A stretch of 61,472 bases of DNA, the filler included, from Sluysia triapertura (Eukaryota): NCBI GenBank assembly GCA_046118255.1. It is 5 parts of 5 records of this genome, joined end to end, with 100 filler letters (N's around TTAATTAATTAA, not from the genome) between each part and the next. Parts side by side here need not be neighbours in the genome. Positions count along the whole stretch, not along the records: positions 50,121 to 61,472 come from JBJNIA010185624.1; 4 more parts are not named here. One strand, 5' to 3'. A model generated the notes under the pieces. It saw only the letters and a list, made by a program, of their open reading frames with translations. It made no database searches and was not told the DNA's origin. Numbering within the stretch: the first letter of the stretch is position 1; each line of letters starts with the position of its first letter. Both the position numbers and the translations under genes were made by a program. This document shows, in pieces, positions 51,181 to 61,472 of this stretch.

Positions 51181-53565
51181 ACACTAATAACTCCTTATTA
51201 AATTATCACACATATATTTGGTAAAATATTGGTGTGTTTGTTTTAAAACTTATTTCTTATACTAAAAGAACCCTAGAATTTGAAAGCAAAAAATTTCTCA
51301 CTTCAAATATTTATATTGTTTGCATACTGAATAATTCAGACTGTATTTAAAATAAAAAATAACAAACCATTGTAATACTTATGTTCTTTAGACATTAAAG
51401 TGCTTCTTTGTTAATAAATTTCTTTTAATATACCTAAAATAAATAATAAAACTTTAAAATAAAATTAAAAATAAGCGCAGTATATTTAAGAACAAATAGC
51501 CAAAATAAGCCATTATAAAATTACTAATTGGTATAAATTTTAGTTGGAACATATACATATTTAAACCTATTAAATACTTACAGATAACTTGAATATATAT
51601 TCAACAATTACCAAATGATGAGTAAATAAATTGAAAAAATTGTGCATACCGCTAAAATGTGGTTATTTACAATATCTACTGAAATACAGAAAACAATTAA
51701 ATTACGGGAAAATTATTGTGAAAGAATACTATTTGAAATAAAAATCTAAGTTGAGTGAAGAAAAACGTCAAAAGTATTGACGTAAAAATAAAAATATTAA
51801 TTTAAAAATTTTAGAAGCATTTAAACATTAATTTGGCACAATGAAGAAACTTGCAAAAGCAACAGTTAGTGGAAAAACCTAAGTATTTACTCTATTACGA
51901 CTGAATAACTAAAAGTTTATACAAGTTAGATTAGATATATTAGAGAAAAGTATTTCTCTGCTTATTTAATTTGGCTTTTATACTGCACAGATATTACTTT
52001 CAATGTTACGAAATATAAAATACTGAATTACCTGGACTTTATTACATTAGATATTAGATAACATCCTCCACAGTTTGAGTATCCAGTTAAATAATCGATA
52101 AAAAATTAGGCTAATTTTCCGAATATTTATAATTTATACTAAAAACCTACGTGAAACGACTTGGCAATGCAAATAATGCCTGATTCTTCAACACCTACAA
52201 TTTGAAAAATTTCAGTTTATAAGACGTTCTAATAACTAGGCAAGATTGATATTTATATTCAAGATGTTTTTGTTAAGAAAAAATATTTTTTAATAAATGA
52301 AAATAGGTATTTCACATATGAAGAAATGTCAAGTATTTCATCAAAAAATTCATTAATGCGTTTCAATTTCAACCTCGAATGTGAAACAATGTAAGACAGG
52401 AAAAGATATAAAAGCAAATCTGAATGCAAACGTATTAGATTGGTAAATAAGAATAATTTTTAAATGTAATCTTACATATTGAATTTCGAAAATGCAATTT
52501 AATCATATTAACTCAAAGTATTCACATAATTCTAAGTGGTACGTTAAAAAATTATTCCTTTAAAAGAAAGTAGTACCTATATAGAACGAATCCTGAATAT
52601 TTAATGACTGTTAAATGCGAAATTATTAAATTTTGATTTTTTAATGAAATGCATGCTATGGATTATTTTACGTAATTCCTAAGTAGTCGATACTTTATCA
52701 TTTCGATTACATATGGACTCCTTTTTCCTCAGGTGGTTTTAGCTTATTGCAAAAAGAAAATGTTTTCATTCGACTATCAGTCAACTTATACCAAATTTAA
52801 GTCCAGTTCATGCTCTTAGTAATTTTGAAAAGGTTTTAAAATTTGTCACATAATAAAAAATATAAATAAAAATATATTAATCAAATGTATAAATTATCTA
52901 AAATACAATAATTTGAAAAATTAAACTGCAACTTACTCTTTTAAAATAATGTACATTAATTACTCCTTAAAATAATATTCCAATAAGTTTAAAATAAACC
53001 AGACAATGCATCATGTGAGACTTCTTTTGAAATATTTGTGTGAGCAAAAATATCTTAAACGAGTCAATGAAAAATAAAATGGCACGATAACATATATAGG
53101 AATTAAGCAGAAGCACTGCAGGCATGAAAAACATGTTTTTAAAGTAGAAATGAAAAAACTAATGACCATGACTATATTGTAGAACAGAATTAATTTTCAT
53201 TGAAAAATTGACAATATAATCACAAAATAAAAATTGTATGAATGCATTAAAGTATGAAATGAAATTAACTGTAGGAAGAAATTAGAAAATATTTAACATT
53301 GAGTTAATATTTTACAATTGTTTTTTGTTTAAAAGTTACATATCTCGTCAGTTAAAGAATTTATTGTAAGCTGTAAAAAATATTCAGAACTGCTTTTAGA
53401 AATTAATTTAGTTGAAAATGGAATGTTCGAAGTATAAATTCTCGCGTAGAAGTGTGCAGTGTATTTGGCTTTAGCGTTATTATTAAAGTGATTCACCAAA
53501 TATCGTACAAGTGATTTGACCTCACAAATTTGATCCACTTTTGTAATATGAAATGGATCCAACAT

Positions 53566-54070
53566 GACAATCGCTAAAGTTCAACACAATGGTTGGACAA
53601 GAATAACTAAAACGCAATATTCATCAAAAGAAGCTGATGGTTAGTGTTTGATAGTCAAGCACAAGCGTAATCCATTATGATTTCATGAAGCGTAGCTCAT
53701 CCATCACAGCAGATACTGCAACCAACTAGGCGAAATGATGCAAAAACTTAAAAAACGCCTAGATTGGCCAACAGATAACTCGTATCTTATTACATGATAA
53801 CTCTAGACTACACAAACGACTGTGGCAAAATTATGAGAATTGGAGTTGGAACTATGTCATCATCCATACTCACCAGACCTAGCTCCCACTGACTACTACT
53901 TCTTCCACAACTGTTAATAGGAAAACAATTTAATTCCGACAATGCTGCAAAACTGCCCTTTCAGGAATTCATTTACTCACATCTGTCAGGGTTTTATATC
54001 ATCGATCCAAACAACTTACATTTAAGTAGTAAGTGTATTGACAATATGCGTACCTACTTTGATGAATAAA
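53566..54070 (+). mobile_element. mariner transposase pseudogene (catalytic domain)
   Basis: Broken frames give QWLDK..NIHQKKLMVSV*..SVIHYDFMK..SITAD..YCNQL..ILLHDNSRLH..HHPYSPDLAPTDYYFF. Confidence 0.9.
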
Positions 54071-56510
54071 ATAATTCCTCACATTTGTAAGTTATCAACC
54101 AACTTTGCCTTTTTTCTACAAATTTCATCATTCACGACCTGAAACAAAGCAGTGTTTTTCAGAATAAATACCCAAGTTTAGTAACCGTTGCTTCGAGAAC
54201 AACTTGATAAGACTTTCTCAAGCAAGCAAATTCTACTGCATAAAATTAATTTTCTTGCCTACATTAAGCAAAAATTCATTACATTTGCTGAAAATTTAGA
54301 GATTAATAAAGCATCGATTTACGGATATTACCGGAAAATTTGATTTGATTAAATTTCACGTAACTACAATACCTAAATCAAAATTATAAACGCCTCAAAT
54401 CATTTAAATATAAATGAAATAAAATTTGACTAAGACAAAAAGTGGTTTATTTGGTTCCTTAATGTACCTTGTGATTTATTGTGATATAAAAATTTTAATT
54501 TTATTTCGTATAGTTTTAGATCTATCTTTTTAATTATTGAGTTTGGGTATAAACGTAACTCAGACAATCATTACAAAAAATGTAGCTATTTTTACTAACT
54601 TACACTTTATACTATTCATAATCTAATGTGGATAATTATTAAATAATTGTTAATCAAGTTTTAAAGTTTCTTACATGAAAAATAAATTCTAAAAGTTTTT
54701 TAAAATAAAACAAGTCAATTATAGTCTGATATATTGAAACAAAGCTTTGGATTGAGAGATTTACTTAATCATTCAATCATTAAATATAATCAAAGTCAAT
54801 AAAATTTTTCTAATTAAACTTATTTTTGAATAAAATTTGTTAAATGACATTAGATTACTTGTTTAATAGACGACTACATGATCAAATGAGACGAAATAAC
54901 CAATAATCTGAATTATTAGAAATTTACATACAATTCAATTATTATTTTAATGATTTTAAATGTTTAAATGGTTACTAGAAAGAATTTCTTTGAAGATTAC
55001 GTTTATAGATTAATTTAAAGAGCATTAATAAAACCAAAACTTTCTTTAGAAAAGTAAATCTTTTACATATACAAACATACAGTCTTTACAGCAAATAACC
55101 ACAAAGTATAAAATCTAATTCAAAATAACTTTAATTACTTTAAAATTAACATTTTTAAATGTCTGGTTTTACCTTGAATACTTTATATAATCTTTTAATT
55201 TTATTTGACCTAATTCTCAGTAAACATTTCAATTTTATTTAACTAAAAACACTCAATAGTAAATACCAATTTTATGTTATTCAAATAGCAAGGGACGCTA
55301 CTTTTTATTTTTCATTACTAAATGATAATCACGTTTATATTTATGTAAACATTTACCTAGATGTAAATCTTCTCCAAACTAAGTTAATATACTAATACTA
55401 ATATATTAAATTTAATTTCATTACTTTAATGTATTAATAAATTTCATAAAAAATAACATCAAAGCCAATCCCATATTATTTACTGAATTTGGCCTAACAA
55501 TAACATGAATGAACTAAATTAATCACCTTTCCAAAATAAACACTGAGACATTTTCATATTATTTAAAATTTACAAAATCAAGTTTGTAATTCAATTGGAA
55601 ATCAAATTCTAGAAAATATCTAATAATTATCTGAATAAGATGTTAAAGCACTTTAGTAATAATAAAACATAAGAGTACGAAATTTACATCTTGGTTAGTA
55701 GAAAACTGCTAAATTTTTACAATTTAGAGGTGATTTCAAATTACATTTATTTGTTGAAAAGAAACGAAACACAAAATAAAGTCTACAATAAATATTTATT
55801 GATGTGCATAAAACGATACCTTCTTAGCGCCAAGTGGTGTACGTAAAATTCCGAAATTTCCAACCAATGATTGTGACAATTAATGAATTAAAATTTGCTT
55901 CACTTTTCGAACAGCTTACAAATCAGTCCAATTAAGTTATTAATGGATAATCAAATTTCAAATATATACAAAGCCAGAAATGCAAATAAGTCAATAGAAA
56001 ATCATGTAATACAATATAGAATTAAAATTGTAGAGGATTTTACACTAAATATATACTACAATACATATTGAAATTCAATTATAACTTAAAACATAAATTA
56101 CAATCGTCATAACGAAAATAACTAATCCATGCACTTATAGATGCATACACTTTATTTTCTACATTATAAAATTTTCATTTGCAAATATTAACTTAGCAGC
56201 TGCAACTGACATTTTTTTAAATATTTTGGAAGAATGTTTAAATTGTTTTTCAATATCATAAAAGCAAGATTTTTGAAGCTGACCACAATATTAGGCATTT
56301 TAATTCAATCTACAACTTTTAAAAATTAATTTTTAAAAGTAAAAAACACATTCCATCTTCTTCGAGCATTTACAATTGCCACTTAATACAAGTATTACAA
56401 TAATTAAAGTTTCGATCAAATTGAACCATATACGTTGTTAACAAAAGAAAATAACAATCAATAAATTAAACCATTTATTAAATACAAAATGTAACGAATA
56501 ACAAAACAGT

Positions 56511-59500
56511 TTATTTTATCGAATGACTAAATTCTATATTTATTGGTCGTCCATCGAGTAAAGTTCCATCCATTATATCTAAAATAAATGCCTAAATAAC
56601 ATATATAATTACTTTTACAACGCAGTGCATCAGAAGAAGTTTGAAACATAACTAATCCAACACCTTTTGACCGATTAAATTCATCACGTAAAATTTCTGT
56701 ATTTACAATACCAGGAGCTTGAGCAAAACTATGCTTTAAATCTTTCCAAGTAAATGAAAATGGAATCTATATGTTAGATATGAAACAAAAATAAGTAGCT
56801 AACATTCTTAACTAATAACGTATTAGACTGAGCGGAACTAAATTCATTAAACCTTGAAGCCATGTTTGCAGAACTTGGATGATGCGGTTGATCACTGCCT
56901 TTCCGCCCCAAAACAGAACCTAATACAGAAAGAAGTGTTTGCTGATCAGCATTTTTGTATTTTATCAGCAATTCCTCTAACAAAGCCAAATCATTAGGAT
57001 GTGACTTACCTTTTAAAAAATTATTGCTTAAAGAAAATATTACCCTGAACAGGAGCCACGCTTGGTAAATTATAACCAACATCTCTAATATTACGTCCAG
57101 AATCTAAAGAACCACCCGGAATTTGTGGTCTATAAGGTGTTTCGGCAGGCTGAAATTTATATCAAAACATACACTAATATACAAATTTACCTGAGTTCGC
57201 AAATAATCAGGTATGTAATTAGCAGAAATTTCATTCCAAGATTTTGGTTCAATTGGAGGTAAAGGACGATCATAGCTCCTATAAGGAGGTACATTGTCAA
57301 TTTGATTAACTTTAGATTGGTTAGACTTATCAAGTACTTGACTAATAAGAACCAATTCATTCAATGCTTTCATTGCTTGAGGTGTGTTATTTCCTGGATT
57401 GGACACAGCACTTATTAACTCTTCGAGAATTCGTCGAACGGTCGGATTCAAGTCAGAAGAACGATTAGAAGAATCTTTGAACATTGATAGATCTAAACGA
57501 CCAACAAGGTGCTTTCCAGATTTATCCATTCTCAATTTTAATTCGCGACCATTGATCATTTTACCGTTAAATTTATAGATAGCAATAATAGCTTCTTCAG
57601 GTGTTTCAAATTCAACTGTACCAAATCCTCTAGAAGAACCATCAGAATCAACTCTCAAATCGACATGTTTAACACGACCAGCCTCTTTAAACATATCTTT
57701 TAATTTTTGCCACGATAAGCTGTAGTCAAGCTGAAAAAGTAAAACATTGAAGCCAAAAGAAATCAACAAAGATTAATCAATCAGTTTATCAAACATAGCA
57801 AATACAAAAATCAAAGGTTAATTGAATACAAATCTCACACTAAGGTTCCAAATTTTTTGATTTTCATTTCAAAAAATTGTCAAATATTAAATAAGCATAT
57901 TTAATATAGACATACAGATACTTTTTACTTTGACAGGAAATCAAAATAAAATAAGATTTACATATTTTTCTCTAAATGAATATCAAAAATACTTAAATTA
58001 TAGATACAAATGTCTCAAATTTAAACTAGCATTCTACTACACAATCAAATAGTTTAGTTTTAAGTTTAAATTTTACATAACTGCTTGTTCATACAAGATA
58101 AACTATAAGTCCAGCAGATTAATTAACAAATAGCTTTTATCATTTTAATTGAATGCAGAATCACAAACAGTAATTTGATTATTTTTCAGTCATTAAATTT
58201 GTCTAAAATGAAGCAATAAATTTAATAGATCAACGCTTATCAAAAATTTGTATTTAATGCAGTATTTAATTCATAACTTAGTGTGAGACTTATACGTGTA
58301 ATTCACGATATAGTTAAAAACTATTTTGATTCTATTTAATAACTTTTGTTAATAATCAATATGAAACGAGCTAATTAAAACTTAATATAAACCATGTACA
58401 AATTATCAAAAAAGATAAGTTCTGATGAACTTACAATGAAACATTTTAATATAAAATCTATTATCTTATAATGATGGCACACATTTTAGCGAATACGCAT
58501 CTTAAGATTTCATAGAATTAACTGGTACATACATTAAGAGAAAATCAAAATATCTTATATACTTCCTTCTAATGTAAATGCCTAGTGCACTTTCAAAACA
58601 CGAAACATTTACTTAAAATATCAATCTTCTTCATTTCTCAATATTTTTACAAACATTATAAAAGCATACGCATAATCAGATGCAGCCTTTAAATAAAATT
58701 TTATTTGTTCATGTACCATTTCTAACCTGAAAAACTTTTGGATGAACATAAACCATGAGTATATTAAACAATTTTAAAGCATATTATTAAAAAGGTTCTT
58801 CTATGTATTAAAACTTAATAAATCCAAGATAGAATTTCTAAGCACAAAATATACTTAAGCGATTCCATTTTTTAAATATTAATATAAAAAAATTAATAGT
58901 AAATCTCAATTAAATTAAACATTTCCGTAATATAGTTACATATTTTAAATACAATTTATAATTACATTTTAATATGTGCAAAATTATTTTATAGCAAATA
59001 GATTGATTTTGACTTAACAAAAAAAAATTACATTCGCCATAAATAATGAATTTGTAATTGGACCTTCTTTTTGTAACTGCTCTACCAACTGCAATATAGA
59101 ATTGTTCGAACCAAGTGGTATATCACCCAATTCTATATTATTCTTGTCTAATCCTAATCTTTCACGATCTTTCAACGTTTCTTCACGTACGATGATTTCA
59201 CGCCCATCAATTGAATGTTTGTGCATTTCAGTTATAGCTTTTTGGGCTCCATCGATTGTTTTAAATTCAATAATACTAGAGTTATTTAAAAATACCAAAA
59301 ATCTTACGCATTGCCAGAAAATTTCCCATTTAGATCTATAAAATCTATTTGACCGCATATACCAACTGCAAATTAATTATTTAACATAAAAATTTACTTT
59401 TTTCTTTAAACGCCTCTCTTATAATTTTAGGTGTCGCATTGAATGGAATATTTGACACCAATATTCGCCTACTTTTCAATGTTTTTCTTAATGGAGATCT

Positions 59501-59565
59501 TGATCGATTTCTATCTCTATAGATAATTTGGGTAAAAATAATCATATAACATACTTAGACGCCAT
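56511..59565 (-). CDS. HNRNPM: hnRNP M / myelin expression factor 2-like protein (three RRMs), 9 exons, 501 aa
   Basis: Manually spliced exons (minus): 59565-59555, 59516-59398, 59365-59308, 59275-59032, 57730-57191, 57149-57044, 57009-56804, 56766-56613, 56578-56511. All introns are GT-AG (38, 32, 32, 1301, 41, 34, 37, 34 nt) and phases are consistent; CDS is 1506 nt. Protein: MASKDRNRSRSP..., RRM1 ILVSNIPF...SGNAIIEF, RRM2 LFMANLDYSLSWQKLKDMFKEAGRV...SRGFGTVEF, RRM3 LLVKNIPFSFTWKDLK...SKGVGLVMF, matching hnRNP M/MYEF2 family signatures. Confidence 0.9.
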
Positions 59566-60724
59566 ATTTTAAATCGTTACTTATTTTTGAAAGCCTATAT
59601 AAACAAAATAATAAACAAAAAAATTAAATGTTATGTATATTAAATTAGATTAAATTATGATAAATAATTTATTTTATAATAAATATCAAAAATATATTTA
59701 ATTATTAAAAAAATTTTTAATTACCACCATGTTATTAGCAATCTATATATGTATAAAAGTTGCAAAATAAAATAAGATATTACTTAAGATTGTTATAATA
59801 ATTCAGTACAACTAATTATAAAAGGAATTAAAAGTTTTATAATTCTTTTGGAATTTCTTATAATGTTCCACTAAGTAAACAGCCTAAGTAACCTAATGAT
59901 CACTCTGAATAAAAGAAAATATGAATTTAACAAACAAAAATATTCTTAAACATTTGCTAAAAACGAAGTTAAGAATTTGTAAAAGGAAAAGAAAGCCCAA
60001 AAATGTTAGAACTTCAGTCGCGATTTATTTTTGACGTTGAAGAAAAATAATTCAATGTAAATTATCTTATGGTATTGCGATAAATTCACAATATTATATT
60101 AATTAATTTTATTCAAGATGAAATTTTGTTACTCTCAATCATGATGTAGAAATTTTAAATATTTGGCACATTATAAAAAGCATTTCGACAGTTACATCTT
60201 TGTAAATTTGATAATAAATTGAAAAGCAGTTACAGTGATAGATTTCCTTAATAAAAGTATTATTTCGTTTGATTGTGATGTACCCATTTTGATCATGCAT
60301 GAATAATAAATTTAATTAGCTGAAATAGTACAATCCACTTTTAAAGTCAAATAGTTAAGTAAAATTTAAGCTGATAAGAATTAAAATTATGTAGTTAAAA
60401 AATTAAAATGTACTATATCGGAATTGTAATGAAATTTTGATGACATCACGTTATGTAAAACAAAACACAAATTAAAAAAGTACATTTAATATGTTAAACT
60501 AAATAATTTTATATAATATAAAGATTTGTCGAGACTTTATGTAAAGAAATGTTTCTCAACCATTTAAGAAAAAAATTTTCAAGTTCCTTCAGAACGAGTT
60601 TTGTCACGTGTTAAACTAATACTATCTTTAGGAATACTATTTTTACCAAATTTTGATTATTTGCCAGCAGTTGGTAGGGATATTACAATTTGTTGCATCA
60701 ATTTATTAATATAATTGGAAGTAT

Positions 60725-61350
60725 TTTTTAATAAAACTTAACTTACGTACTAAATATCTAAGGAGTCGGTTCGCCTAATATACATGGTTGTTAGGTTTGG
60801 CAAAAAATATACTTAAACGTTTTAACTTACGCTGCGCATATCTGATCTATTTGATTACTTAGGTATCTTTAATTTAATTAATTTTCACAACCCTTTTTAA
60901 GGTGGTGTTAACAAAAATTTATATTTACGCAGCCCTTCTCAAGGTGTTGCTATCAAAATCAATAAATTTATTTTAAATTAAATAAGAAGTCTAATAGTCC
61001 TAAAGTTTATTACGAAAAACTATGTAAATAATTTTATCTACGAAAACAAAATATAATAATAATAAATTTATCGACGAGCTCAACCTCAGTTGGCCGTGTT
61101 AATATTTTAGAACTAGTTACTCAAATCTTTTTACGGTCTTGCACGAAAATAAAATATGTATATTTTATGTATATTTTAAACCTTAATGAATAAAAAAATT
61201 ACTTGGAATATATTGAATTGAATTCTGGAACTCTTTAAATTTTTTCTCAAGAAGATACAAATTTTTATTACTAAAAAATTGTCAATTTATTAAAAATCCT
61301 ATTTATTTATATAAAATCAATCTACTCCATTTGAAATTTGGTACATTTAA
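60725..61350 (+). repeat. Structured interspersed repeat family A, copy 3
   Basis: GGAGTCGGTTCGCCTAATA head; hairpins at 60887, 60929 and 61121; CAACCTCAGTTG at 61081. Confidence 0.8.
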
Positions 61351-61472
61351 TAAATTATTTGATTACTTAGGTATCTTTAATTTTGTAAGGAATAATTTTG
61401 TGTTTTTTATTTTTATGTGTAAAAAATTTATATATTTATTTCTAAAATTAATATTATTATTACAAAATTAAC

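Noticed and set aside
58415-58470. Minimal hammerhead CTGATGA..GAAAC in hnRNP M intron 4
   Set aside because: Stems I and III cannot pair adjacent to the core, and an alternative AAGTTC/GAACTT hairpin sequesters it.
57384-59341. Plus-strand ORFs 57384..57578 and 59102..59341
   Set aside because: Antisense shadows of hnRNP M exons.

Overview
Very AT-rich eukaryotic (metazoan-type) scaffold with four 100-bp N gaps, each carrying an artificial TTAATTAATTAA linker. I can reconstruct only one intact host gene: a 9-exon hnRNP M/MYEF2-like triple-RRM gene (59565..56511, minus strand, 501 aa). Seven of its eight introns are only 32-41 nt. The remaining ~55 kb is mostly decayed transposable-element sequence: Ty3/Gypsy LTR-retrotransposon pieces (tRNA-Lys PBS, gag, three retropepsins, RNase H, integrase HHCC and GPY/F parts) plus hAT, pogo/Tigger and mariner remnants. 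Within this debris is a recurring module I do not recognise. Up to seven divergent, intronless, mostly broken ORFs resemble REX4/ISG20-type DEDDh exonucleases with the catalytic acidic residues replaced. Several are followed on their 3' side, in a consistent relative orientation, by two families of structured non-coding elements. One family contains a regularly spaced array of 22-nt bulged hairpins (N5-CC-N7-GG-T-N5') whose stems co-vary. There is also an intronless DEAD-box helicase + CCCH zinc-finger pseudogene with TDRD12/Yb-like architecture. Working hypothesis (inference): a retroelement family carrying a pseudo-nuclease RNA-binding accessory protein with cognate RNA hairpin arrays. All alignments were made by eye; no searches were run.
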